Below are positions 47,184 through 56,874 of a stretch of 64,000 bases of DNA, one piece after another; within the stretch, counting starts at the first letter, position 1, and every line of letters begins with the position of its first letter. The DNA is from Candidatus Latescibacterota bacterium. GTDB lineage: Bacteria; Latescibacterota; UBA2968; UBA8231. The position numbers and the translations under genes are program-made. The DNA lies in NCBI GenBank assembly GCA_965248355.1, contig OZ252098.1, positions 2,112,001 to 2,176,000 of the forward strand, in the 5' to 3' direction. The notes beneath the pieces are model-generated. The model did not search any database. It was not told where the DNA came from and saw only the letters and a list, made by a program, of their open reading frames with translations.

Positions 47184-49999
47184 CACAGTCCGGCATATAC
47201 GGTTATGAAGGTGGTGCTCAATTCGCGGCCCCGGTCTTCCTTCACCGACTCTCCCAGGCCACCGGCGGTGACGAACTCGTCCCAGACCCGGGTGTACATG
47301 ATGCCGAACCGGGTGGTCAGGACGTAGCCCTGGTATTCCCCGACGTTGGACCACTGGGCGGCCAGCACCAGGCTGCGGGAGTCACCCGTGGCCCCCACCC
47401 GGTTGGCGGCGAGGGCCTCCTTCTCGTCCAGCATCAGATCCGCAACCCGGTGGTATTCCAGCCCGGCCTCGAGAGAGGACGCGCTCAACATGGGATGCCG
47501 CAGCAGCAGGATGCCTGTTCCCGTCCACTCCTGGCGCTCGTCGCCGCCCAGGATGAACGGCGTCTGGTTCAGGTACTCGCTCTTGATCCTGGGTTGGACC
47601 TCCAGTCCGCCGACGCGGCAGGTGTAATCCGCTTTGTTGATGAGCCCGAAGAAGTGGGTGCGATCCTCGAGTATGGGACCGACGCCCCGCTCGTAGGCAT
47701 CTCCCTGCTGAGCATACAGGTCGTACTTGATCTTGGTAATCGTCTTCAGCTCGCCCACCGGGCGATAATTCAGCTCCAGGAAGGTCGAGTTCACCCAGGT
47801 GTCGCGGGCCGGGAGCAGGTCCTCGATGTTGGCCAGGTTGCCGGTGGCGAGACCGAGGTAAGGAGTCATCTCCCGGCGGTCGTCGGGTATGGTGTCCCGG
47901 GTCCGCTTGAGCATGTCGTAGACCCGGACCACGCCGAACCGGGGATCGTCGTGGGTGAAGGTGATCAGCCCGTAGGTCGTGTGGTTCTTGCGATCGGAAG
48001 ACAAGGAGCTGACCCCCAGGCGCCCCAGGGCGGCCCTGATGTCGGGCCTCACGAAAGCGCCGCCGTACACATTGTACCCCCGCCGGTCCTTCTTGTAGGG
48101 GTAGTCGGCCAGATCGTCGTTCTCGAAGCGGTCCACCCAGTTGTTGTTGTTCAGGTCGATGCCGAAGAGGAACTCGGGCCGGTCCGAATGGTAGCGGAAG
48201 AAGGGCTCCTCGTAGTCGGGGATGCGATTCGGCAGAATGGCGCTGTCGTTCTGATTGAAGTCCGACACGAAGTCGTTGTTCTCGTCCCATCCCGGGAACA
48301 CGTTGGCATCACCGGAGCCGTGCTCAAACCGGGCCCAGTCGGAAAACCGGTCCTGGTCGTCATTGTCCTCGACGAACTCGTAGAGGTGCCGGCCCGAATG
48401 GTCGTAGAGGATGTCCCCCTGGCTGTCTACGAGGTACGCCGTGGTGGAGTAGTCGGGGTCCATGCTGAAGGCCTCTCCGAAGGCGAAGAACGGATAGGCC
48501 ACCTTCGACAAATTGACGATCAACGCCTCTGCCTCTCTGGAATAGCTGGACAGAGCGCGGTCTGCCTGGGCCAGGGTGGGGTTGGGGAACTGGTGATAGG
48601 ACCGGCTGATGGCCAGTTCGGCGTAGGCATCAAGACCGATCACATCCTTGACGTCCATGGTGACTCCATAAACCATGTTCGCCGTGGGCAAGCCGTATTC
48701 GAAGACGAGGCGGGTCTGGTTGGAGTTGTCCGACACATTGCCCTCGGCCCGGGCCACCTCGAAGAGCGCCGGCGCGAGCTCGTCGATATCTTCGCCGCTG
48801 AGCGGCAGGTTGGGCATGGGGCGCAATCCGGTCTGCCGGTCGGACCATACCTGGATGCGGTAATCGTTGGCCACCACCAGCTCGAAGGTGATCTTCGTGA
48901 TGGTGTTCGGACGCGGCCCGGTGTAGGAGATGTCGTTGAGGTCGTAACTGATTACGATCTTCTCGTCCCCGTCCGCGCTCTGGAAGCCCTCGTGGTGGAA
49001 TCCGCCGCTGACCACGGGCCACTTGGCCGGATCGGTGACCATCGCCCGCTGGCGGATCTCCTCCCGCCTCCCGGTGGCCGGATCCTCCGTGGTCATGATG
49101 ATCTCGTGCGAGAACAGGGCCGCGCCGGCCACGCCGTCCTCCGGTGAATCGTCGCTCAGAACAAGGGCCAGGCCGCGCACCGGGACCGCCCCCTGGTTGG
49201 CAGCCAGCGTGCCTTTGAGCGGGTTCCGCTCGAAGGCGTCCTCGAAGGTCCGGGAGTTGTGGGCGTTGACCAGAGTCGCCCCCACTTCCACGAAGTCCCC
49301 AACCTCGGCGACGACCCGCCCCCCCATCAGGTTGGTGCCATTGGTCACCGTCACGGGCGCGTTCCTGGGCGTGGTACCTGCCACCGCAAGGCTGACCCGG
49401 GAGAACAGCAGCGTGCCCCGGTACTTGTCCGAGGCGAAGTCCATCTGTATGCCGTTGAAGTTGGGCTTGGAGAAGGTGAGCGGCGTCAACGCCGTTCTGA
49501 TCTGATTCCCCGCCGTTATGGCATAGTGAAACTGGCCCCTGGAGTCCGAGCTCACCAGGACGTTGTTGAACCAGTTGGCGAACCTGGGATCCTTGTAGAG
49601 CGAGGAACCGAACTGCCCGGGCTGGTTCTGGTTCCAGTCGTAGACCAGCCACCCCCGGGTCAGGTAGTTGCCGTAGAGATCGTAGAAGGGGTCGCCCTCG
49701 CGGTCGGTGCCTACGTACCGCTGGTACTGTTCGCGGGCATAGTTGGAGTACTCCCACTGCTGCCAGCCGTACAGCTCGTAAAGCTCCTGTGGCACGTACC
49801 ACTTCTTGAGGGCCGGATCGAGGGCGTCGAAGATGACCCCGGGTCCCCTGGGTTCATAGGTTATCTCCCCCCCTCGCCGCTCTCCGAGACGCCGGACGGA
49901 GGACTGACCCCACACATGGGATACCTGAAGTGTGGCGATGAGCAGGAACACGCTCAGCACTCCCCCCGCCTTGCCGGTCGTCGACATCAAGGCCCTCAT
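47183..49999 (-). CDS. Large exported protein, paralog 1 of a pair (putative outer-membrane protein with acidic Ca-binding-like loops)
   Basis: Signal-peptide-like N-terminus ending VWG; same conserved blocks as the neighbour; ends TFITVYAGL. Confidence 0.7.
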   Translation of the reverse strand: MRALMSTTGKAGGVLSVFLLIATLQVSHVWGQSSVRRLGERRGGEITYEPRGPGVIFDALDPALKKWYVPQELYELYGWQQWEYSNYAREQYQRYVGTDREGDPFYDLYGNYLTRGWLVYDWNQNQPGQFGSSLYKDPRFANWFNNVLVSSDSRGQFHYAITAGNQIRTALTPLTFSKPNFNGIQMDFASDKYRGTLLFSRVSLAVAGTTPRNAPVTVTNGTNLMGGRVVAEVGDFVEVGATLVNAHNSRTFEDAFERNPLKGTLAANQGAVPVRGLALVLSDDSPEDGVAGAALFSHEIIMTTEDPATGRREEIRQRAMVTDPAKWPVVSGGFHHEGFQSADGDEKIVISYDLNDISYTGPRPNTITKITFELVVANDYRIQVWSDRQTGLRPMPNLPLSGEDIDELAPALFEVARAEGNVSDNSNQTRLVFEYGLPTANMVYGVTMDVKDVIGLDAYAELAISRSYHQFPNPTLAQADRALSSYSREAEALIVNLSKVAYPFFAFGEAFSMDPDYSTTAYLVDSQGDILYDHSGRHLYEFVEDNDDQDRFSDWARFEHGSGDANVFPGWDENNDFVSDFNQNDSAILPNRIPDYEEPFFRYHSDRPEFLFGIDLNNNNWVDRFENDDLADYPYKKDRRGYNVYGGAFVRPDIRAALGRLGVSSLSSDRKNHTTYGLITFTHDDPRFGVVRVYDMLKRTRDTIPDDRREMTPYLGLATGNLANIEDLLPARDTWVNSTFLELNYRPVGELKTITKIKYDLYAQQGDAYERGVGPILEDRTHFFGLINKADYTCRVGGLEVQPRIKSEYLNQTPFILGGDERQEWTGTGILLLRHPMLSASSLEAGLEYHRVADLMLDEKEALAANRVGATGDSRSLVLAAQWSNVGEYQGYVLTTRFGIMYTRVWDEFVTAGGLGESVKEDRGRELSTTFITVYAGL

Positions 50000-52183
50000 T
50001 CAGTACGCCACTTCGACGACGGTGGCGGCCGTCTCGGCGCTGGCCGCGCTGTGCACCTCTACGTGAGCCAGGTAGATCCCGGGCGGCACGAGCTCGCCAC
50101 GGCCGTTGGTGCCATCCCATGGGATCGACCAGTGACCGCCTCCCTGCTCGCCGGAGAAGAGGCGGCGAACGAGGTGGCCGGCCAGATCGAGCACCCTCAC
50201 CTCAACGGCCACGGGACCGATCACGCGCGACAGGTCGTAAGAGATGCGGGTCCGGTCGTTGATCCCGTCGCCGTTGGGGCTGAAGGGCCGCGGTCCGGCC
50301 CGGGTATTGATCAGGACGTGGCCGCCCGAAAGGGGCACGTCCACCGCCAGCACCCGCGGGTCCGCCGTTCCCGCCGGAGGAAAGGCGGCGTCCTCGGGGC
50401 CCAGGTGGGCCGCGTTGCCGGCGAGGATCTTCTGACCGCTGATCCCGATCCCGGTGCGGCCGGCCCACCCGGGAAAGGTCGTCCCGTATCTGAGGACGCG
50501 GCAGCGAAACCGGATCCTCAGGACGGCGGCCTCGCCGGCCTCCAGGTCGCTGACCGTTATGGCCGGGAAGCGTACCCGGAACCGCCGTTCCTCCACCGCC
50601 TCGATGCCGAAGTCGGCGGCCGGATCGGTGGGCAGGGCCGACGAGCTCAGATCCTGAGCGGAGAAGTCCGCCGCCTCGCTGCGGTCGTCGTGGAACAGGA
50701 CCTGGATCGACTCGATCGCTTCGACCCGGACCGGCGTGGCGATCTCGAAGGTGTCGAAGCCGCTGTCCCGGCCCGGCCGTATCCGGGTCGGCATGACCGC
50801 GTAGGTGAAGGTTTCCGGAACGGCCAGCTCGGCCTGACGAGGGTAGATCTCTCCGACGATCCGCTCGGCCGCCGGGGGAAACACCGTGAAGGCCAGCTGC
50901 CCAACCCCGGCCGCTGCCGCCAGGTCCCGGCTCACCAGTTCGACCCGGACCTGGAAATAGCGCCGCGGGCCCGGAGTGGTGACGACCGCCCCGAGCTGCT
51001 CGTCATCGATGTTCTCGACCGTGATGCCGCTGGTGCCTTCCTGCCCATACGGAGCCGACCACGGCGTCCAGGCGTCCGGATCGTCCCGGATCTCGCCCCG
51101 TGGCTTCGTGCCGAGGTAGTCCTCCAGGCTCAGAGCCACCCGGTTCTTCTCCGCCAGCGGCAGCGCCCGGTAGGCTCGCAGCGCATCGAGCGGCTCCAGG
51201 TCATCCAGGGCGATCTGCTCTCCCTCGGCCGTGGTGGCCACCGCGCCCTGCTTCCAGGGGAGATTCACCGAACCATCGGGACCCGGGCGGGTGAATTCCA
51301 GGGGTGTATCGTCATGCCCGGCGCGCGTCGCAATGCGGGCCTGCGCCAGCCCTTCGGGACCCAGGGCCTCCTCGATCCACCGGATCTTGCCCCACACCCC
51401 CCAGTCGTCCCCCAGGTCGTAGACATTGGAGATGTATCGGGCCTCGGGCACGAACCCCGCCCCGTATACCCGGAACTCGGCGATTTCGAAGCCGACCACC
51501 GTCTGCGACTTCAGTCGCAGGAAGCGGAGGTACTGGGGGGGGATCCGCAGGTCGACCACGGGCCGGTCGTTCTGCAGCTCCAGCTTGAAGCTGGTCAGCA
51601 CCGGCCGGCCGGACTCGTCTCTGGAATTCTCGCTGCCGTCGTTGACCAGAAGCTCGTAGGCGCGCAGAAAGTCGTTCTGGAACGGAAAGTCGGGCGTCTC
51701 GAAACCCGGAGCGTTCCTCGGAAAGAACTGGATCCGGTTCACCCCGAAGCGCGCCCCCAGGTCAACGTCGAACATGGCCCCGAAGGCGAGGACCTGCGGC
51801 CCCCCGGCTTCGCCCTTCTGGGTGAAAGCCGTCTCGAGATCGCCGTCCACCATCAGGAGCAGCTCCTCGGCGATGCCGCTCGTCAAGATGTTCGGCGAGG
51901 TCAGGGTGGCTGCGGCCGCGAAATTCCTGGTGGAGTCGGCTCTCTGCGGGAAGATCCAGCCCGGTCTTCCGGGAACGTCGAAGTCGACCACATCGCCCGG
52001 GGTGTTGGTGATCTCGGCCTCGTCGACACCGATCTCCACCGCGGCCGGGATCTGGCCGCCGCCGCCGTTCCAGGGTTGGCCGCCGGCGCCGCCCAGCACC
52101 CGGCTGTCGGCAGCCAGATTCTGGACCATCAGGCAGATTGTCCCGAGCAGGCCCAGGCAGAGGCTGATCGGCTGCGGTCTCAC
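50000..52183 (-). CDS. Exported discoidin(F5/8C)-like plus FlgD-Ig domain protein, paralog C
   Basis: GTG start with AGGAGG; VDGDLETAF..VDLG..FEIAEF; FSPNGDGIND, WDG..G.LVPPG.Y; ends VEVAY. Confidence 0.72.
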   Translation of the reverse strand: MRPQPISLCLGLLGTICLMVQNLAADSRVLGGAGGQPWNGGGGQIPAAVEIGVDEAEITNTPGDVVDFDVPGRPGWIFPQRADSTRNFAAAATLTSPNILTSGIAEELLLMVDGDLETAFTQKGEAGGPQVLAFGAMFDVDLGARFGVNRIQFFPRNAPGFETPDFPFQNDFLRAYELLVNDGSENSRDESGRPVLTSFKLELQNDRPVVDLRIPPQYLRFLRLKSQTVVGFEIAEFRVYGAGFVPEARYISNVYDLGDDWGVWGKIRWIEEALGPEGLAQARIATRAGHDDTPLEFTRPGPDGSVNLPWKQGAVATTAEGEQIALDDLEPLDALRAYRALPLAEKNRVALSLEDYLGTKPRGEIRDDPDAWTPWSAPYGQEGTSGITVENIDDEQLGAVVTTPGPRRYFQVRVELVSRDLAAAAGVGQLAFTVFPPAAERIVGEIYPRQAELAVPETFTYAVMPTRIRPGRDSGFDTFEIATPVRVEAIESIQVLFHDDRSEAADFSAQDLSSSALPTDPAADFGIEAVEERRFRVRFPAITVSDLEAGEAAVLRIRFRCRVLRYGTTFPGWAGRTGIGISGQKILAGNAAHLGPEDAAFPPAGTADPRVLAVDVPLSGGHVLINTRAGPRPFSPNGDGINDRTRISYDLSRVIGPVAVEVRVLDLAGHLVRRLFSGEQGGGHWSIPWDGTNGRGELVPPGIYLAHVEVHSAASAETAATVVEVAY

Positions 52184-52200
52184 TCGATGGCCTCCTGGTG

Positions 52201-54726
52201 TCAATACGCTACGTGGACCACGCGGTGCGCCTTGCGGCTCGATACGTCCGCGTCCGAATCCACCTCGATCTCCAACAGGTAGGCCCCGGGAGGCACCAGC
52301 CGGCCGCTCTGGTCGTCGCCGGACCAGCGGACCGTGTAGGATCCGCTCACGTGGGGACGCCGCTCCTCCCACTCCCTCACCAGGCCGCCGCCCAGATCGT
52401 AGAGGCGGGTCTTCACCGCGCGCTGCCCGGTGAGCCGGAAGACCGAGAACTCGAACCGCGCTTCGTCGTTGATCCCATCCCCGTTCGGGGTCAGGATCGG
52501 AGCGCTGATCGTCAACGGGCCCATCACCCGCCTGTCTTCCAACGGCCCTCGCAACAGCATCCCCTGACTCGAGGCCAGGGCGGTCGCATCGCCGGGATCC
52601 ACCCGTTGCCACCGGTCGGCCTCGGAGGAATTTCCCAGTTCCGCCTGCAGGATGGCGCCGGGGCGGAACAGGGTCGTGGTGAACCGCACTTCGATCAGGT
52701 CGACGTCGGGGCCCACCGCCGAATCCAGGCGCACCCACAGCGAGTCCGATCCGGCCGGGACCTGCTCCAGATCGGAGGGTCCCAGCTCGGCCACCGGGCC
52801 GGCTTCCCACTGCGACTCCCGGGCCATGCGGAGAAGCTGAAAATCCAGGTCCACCCCGGGAGCGTACAGGCGAATCTGGTCCATTCCGGGGCCGCTCCGC
52901 AGGAACTCGGCCTTGACGAACAGGGACAGGGTGTCGATGGCACCCAACCCGGATACCAGGGCCGGCTCGAGCTCGCCCCGGACCTGCCGGGCCAGGGGAT
53001 CGAGAAAGTTCAGCCGAATCGACCGCAGGGAGGCCGCCTGGTGCGGATCGTCCGTCATCAGCCAGGCCTGGAGCATCAGGTACGACCGCGGGCTCGGCGA
53101 GGTGACGGGGGCCCCCGAGACCGCGTATCCCTCGCTCCAGTCGCTCCAGTCACCCCCCGGCACCTGCTCGGCCACGATGTCGATCTCCTTCTTGGCGAAT
53201 TTGTTCAGCTTGTCGTAGGCCTCTTCGGTTATCTCGGTGCCATCGTCCTTGAAGTAGCGGAGGACATCCGCGAGTTGGTTGCCGGTCCGGCTGCGCAGCG
53301 AGATGGAGGTCCCGGGGGGCGTCTCTCCCTCCCACTCGATCGAGTTCAGCGTCCGGGCGCCGCCCAGCGTGATCAGGGGGGACGTGAGTGAAACGCGAGG
53401 CTGGTATCCCTCGCCGTAGAACTGCATCTCCCGCGTGTCCGCGTTGCCTCCCGCCATGCCGCCGGAATAGGGAATGCTGATGTAGCGGGCGACCGTCGGT
53501 TCGAACACGTTGACGTGGTAATCCATGCCGCCGTCGCCCCCGAGCGCCTGGCTGGTCCAGGCCAGTCTTCCCTCGGGCGTCAGGGTGCCGTCCGAGGTCT
53601 GGATTTCGTACTTGGTGATGGGTCCCTCGTAACCCTTGTTCTGGAAGAGCATCTGCACTCGATCCACCCAGAAGAAGGCGCCCAGGTCGAAGAAGAAGAA
53701 GCGCTGGGCGGGCTTGACGACGGTGGTCACGACCGTCGTTTCATACAGGCCGTCCACCAGGCTGGTGACCGCGGTGGTATCCGTCTCTATCTTCTGCGCC
53801 ACCCCCCGGCGGGCCGTCAACCCCAGGGCGATGTTCTCGCCTATCGTCCGCACTTCCATCCCGGCCAGACGGGGACGCTCGCGGCGGAAGTACCGGACCT
53901 CGCCACGCGATCCCGCGTCGATCGCCTCGTAGATCTCCGGCTCGACCCGGATGCTCCCATCGGCCACCCTCTTGTAGTAGTCCACCGCCCCCCGGCGGCC
54001 CGGCTCCAGGGCGTCGTAGACCTCGCGGGACACCTCGGCGCCTCGCACCGAGTCGCTTTCCGTCACCACGAGCTGGACGTACCGGATCTCGTCCCCCCGC
54101 CACTCGGGATCGCGGACGTCTCCCGACGGTTTCAGCTCGACGTCGAAGAGGCGTCGGCTCTTGTTCGCGCCCGGACTCGCGTAGGCGACGATGTAGCTCT
54201 TGACGTCCTTCAGGCCCTGCTCGGGACGCTCGCCGTCCGAGGTCAGAAGGGTATACTGGAGAAAGGGATCCCCGAGATCCTCGTTCACGAAGGTCAGGAG
54301 GATCCTGGTGGCGGACACGACCCGCCCCAGATCCAGCTCGAACCACCAGTCGCGCAGTGGCTGGTCCGGGTCGGGCTGCCAGTACGAGGTCAGGTCCCCG
54401 TCAAGGAGGTTGGCTACCGCGGCCGCATTGGTGCCGGCAGTCACCGCGTTCATGAAGTCGACGTCTTCAGCCTCGACTCCTCTGGGCGGGTGCCGTCTCA
54501 GGTGCTCGACAATGTCCCGGGTCGCGTCGATATCCCTGGCCACAAAGTGCGGTCGAACCGTGTGCGCCGGGGCCAAGAACTCCACCGTGCCGGCCGGGAA
54601 ATTCCAGGCTTCCAGGTGGCGGCCCTCTACCACGATCTGGTTGCCGCGGATGACATACCCCTGGCCCCAGACCGCACTGCCACACAGGACCCAGAGAGCC
54701 AGCGCCGAGCTGATCCTGCCGTTCAT
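52201..54726 (-). CDS. Exported discoidin-like (two copies) plus FlgD-Ig domain protein, paralog B
   Basis: ATG with GGAGG; LDGDLTSYW..ELDLG and VDG..FDLG; LTPNGDGIND, GRLVPPGAY; ends VHVAY. Confidence 0.72.
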   Translation of the reverse strand: MNGRISSALALWVLCGSAVWGQGYVIRGNQIVVEGRHLEAWNFPAGTVEFLAPAHTVRPHFVARDIDATRDIVEHLRRHPPRGVEAEDVDFMNAVTAGTNAAAVANLLDGDLTSYWQPDPDQPLRDWWFELDLGRVVSATRILLTFVNEDLGDPFLQYTLLTSDGERPEQGLKDVKSYIVAYASPGANKSRRLFDVELKPSGDVRDPEWRGDEIRYVQLVVTESDSVRGAEVSREVYDALEPGRRGAVDYYKRVADGSIRVEPEIYEAIDAGSRGEVRYFRRERPRLAGMEVRTIGENIALGLTARRGVAQKIETDTTAVTSLVDGLYETTVVTTVVKPAQRFFFFDLGAFFWVDRVQMLFQNKGYEGPITKYEIQTSDGTLTPEGRLAWTSQALGGDGGMDYHVNVFEPTVARYISIPYSGGMAGGNADTREMQFYGEGYQPRVSLTSPLITLGGARTLNSIEWEGETPPGTSISLRSRTGNQLADVLRYFKDDGTEITEEAYDKLNKFAKKEIDIVAEQVPGGDWSDWSEGYAVSGAPVTSPSPRSYLMLQAWLMTDDPHQAASLRSIRLNFLDPLARQVRGELEPALVSGLGAIDTLSLFVKAEFLRSGPGMDQIRLYAPGVDLDFQLLRMARESQWEAGPVAELGPSDLEQVPAGSDSLWVRLDSAVGPDVDLIEVRFTTTLFRPGAILQAELGNSSEADRWQRVDPGDATALASSQGMLLRGPLEDRRVMGPLTISAPILTPNGDGINDEARFEFSVFRLTGQRAVKTRLYDLGGGLVREWEERRPHVSGSYTVRWSGDDQSGRLVPPGAYLLEIEVDSDADVSSRKAHRVVHVAY

Positions 54727-54770
54727 GTTGCCGCACCTCCCTGTGCCGGCCCACGGCCGACAGGCCCGCC

Positions 54771-56735
54771 TCAATACGCCACCGCGATCAGGCGGGTTCC
54801 GCTGTCGCGGCCCCCTTCGCGATCGACCGCGACCCGGCATACGTAGAGCCCCGGCGGCACCAGCCGGCCGCCGCTGTCCCGCCCGTCCCAGGGCTGGATG
54901 TACCGACCCGAACGGTCCCGGCCCACATACACCTCCCGCACCCGCCGGCCCGACAGATCCCACACCCCCACCTCCACCCGCCGGTCCTCGGTCAACTTCA
55001 GCAGGTCGTACCGGATCGCCACCGCGTCGTTGATCCCGTCCCCGTTGGGCGTAAACGCAGCCGGCTCGACCTCCAGCCCCCCCACAATCGACGCTCCCAG
55101 CGACAGCGTCTCCACCGACAGACGGTTGCCGTCCAGCGAGTTGGTCGCATCGCCTTCCCGCACCGGTTGCCAGACCTCCGCCGGCGCCTGGCTGTCGAAG
55201 ACGCGGCCCTGGAAGGTCGCCGCATAACGATACACCTCGCCCCGCAGCCGAACCTGCAGCAACTCACCGCTCTCGTTCACTCCCAGCCGCGGAAAACTCA
55301 CCACCACCCGGTCCTCGGTGCGCAGGCTGTCCGCCTCCGTGAACGCTACCTCCGCTCCCTCCACCTCGACCCCGACCACCTCCGCCACCCGGCCCCCCTG
55401 GAAGCGCAACTCCAGGCTGTCGAATCCCCGATCCCGCAGCGACAAGGTGGGCCGCACCGCATAGGTGAAGTCGGTCAACTCCGAAGCCTCGGCCTGCCAC
55501 GGATCCACCTCCCCCACCAGATCCGTCGCCGCCGGCGGCGACGATACCGCGAATTCCAGGAGATTCACCTGCCCCCCGTCCAGAAAATCACTGGCGAAGT
55601 CAATCGAGAACTGCACGTAGCTGCGGGGCCGCGGCGCCACCATCGGCACCCCCAGACTGTCGTCGAACGAATACGGCGCCGACCACAGGTCCCAGTTGGC
55701 CGCGTCGTGGGTGATGCTGCCTTTCTCCTTCTCCTTCAGCTTGTCATACCGCGCCCGGGTCAGGGGCGATCCGTCCGGCCCATACGGCACCTCCTCGTCG
55801 GCCCGGAAGGTCCGCCGCCAGTACCGGGACGGATCCGGATCGTCGCCGCCATGGCTGCGGATCGATACCCGGGCCGACTCGTCCTGGCGGCCCGACCAGC
55901 GCACCCGGCCCAGACTGGAGGGGGCGCCCAGCGGAATGGTGTTCGAGGTATAGCCGGCGAACGGCACATACCCCTCGGCGAAGACCTCCATCTCCGCGAT
56001 CTCCCACGCCTGCCGCTGAAACGGGTCGACCCACAGGGCCAGCTGTCGCACCGGCGTCCGGTCGAGGGGGATCTCCACCACCGGGCTCTTGTTCTCCGTG
56101 ATCTCCGCCACCAGATCGAATTCGAGTCCCGTGCGGACGAGCTTGCGCTGGAATTCCAGGTGAGACCGGTTCGGCGTTCCCCCGTGGGGTTCGCCACGGC
56201 CGGTGGCGATGGCCATGTGCTCGATGTAGTGCGGGGAGCCGGGACGCGGGGACACCCGCACCCGGTTCACCGGGAACAGGCCGCCCAGGTCGAAGTACAG
56301 GGTGAAGCCGGTGATACCGCCGCCCGGACTGTAATCCGACAGCGACGCATTGTGCTCCAGGAAGAAGGTGGTGAAGTCCCCATCCGCGACCACGTCCAGG
56401 GCCGGATCGTGGCCATAGCCCGAATAGCGCTCGGTCCTCAGGAAGCCGCCCCGCTCCCCCACCGTGGCCAGGATGCTCTCGTCGCTGCCGTAGTAGTAGG
56501 GCGCCAGCGCTCCATCCAGGTTCACGCTGTCGAAGTCGCCGGCCCCGGCGGGATCGACGTCGGTCCACCTCAGCTGCTCGAACCCGGCGCGGCCGTCCGC
56601 CACCTCGAGCGGCAGGGGAAAGCGCGCGTAGTCCTCGCCGCCCAGCCGATAGATCGTCAGCGCGTCTGCGGGGAGCAACATCCCCGGGCTCGCCGCCAGG
56701 CACAAGATCAGGCCTGCCAATCGCGGTTTTGCCAA
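54771..56735 (-). CDS. Exported discoidin-like plus FlgD-Ig domain protein, paralog A
   Basis: TTG start (approximate); ADGDFTTFF..FDLG..WEIAEMEV; FTPNGDGIND, WDGRD..GRLVPPGLY; ends IAVAY. Confidence 0.72.
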   Translation of the reverse strand: MAKPRLAGLILCLAASPGMLLPADALTIYRLGGEDYARFPLPLEVADGRAGFEQLRWTDVDPAGAGDFDSVNLDGALAPYYYGSDESILATVGERGGFLRTERYSGYGHDPALDVVADGDFTTFFLEHNASLSDYSPGGGITGFTLYFDLGGLFPVNRVRVSPRPGSPHYIEHMAIATGRGEPHGGTPNRSHLEFQRKLVRTGLEFDLVAEITENKSPVVEIPLDRTPVRQLALWVDPFQRQAWEIAEMEVFAEGYVPFAGYTSNTIPLGAPSSLGRVRWSGRQDESARVSIRSHGGDDPDPSRYWRRTFRADEEVPYGPDGSPLTRARYDKLKEKEKGSITHDAANWDLWSAPYSFDDSLGVPMVAPRPRSYVQFSIDFASDFLDGGQVNLLEFAVSSPPAATDLVGEVDPWQAEASELTDFTYAVRPTLSLRDRGFDSLELRFQGGRVAEVVGVEVEGAEVAFTEADSLRTEDRVVVSFPRLGVNESGELLQVRLRGEVYRYAATFQGRVFDSQAPAEVWQPVREGDATNSLDGNRLSVETLSLGASIVGGLEVEPAAFTPNGDGINDAVAIRYDLLKLTEDRRVEVGVWDLSGRRVREVYVGRDRSGRYIQPWDGRDSGGRLVPPGLYVCRVAVDREGGRDSGTRLIAVAY

Positions 56736-56791
56736 GATTTCACCCTGCTGTCGTGTGGGCCCCCCGCTGTGCACCAGGGGCTGATTCTCAG

Positions 56792-56825
56792 GGAAGGGGG
56801 GATGTGAGACCACATCCCCCCTTCC
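56792..56825. other. Perfect 15 bp intergenic hairpin without U-tract
   Basis: GGAAGGGGGGATGTG-AGAC-CACATCCCCCCTTCC between the first and second gene of the module. Confidence 0.85.
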
Positions 56826-56874
56826 TTCGTGCCATGGAGCTTGGAGCGCCGGCAGCGAATCTGCTCGCCGTCAG

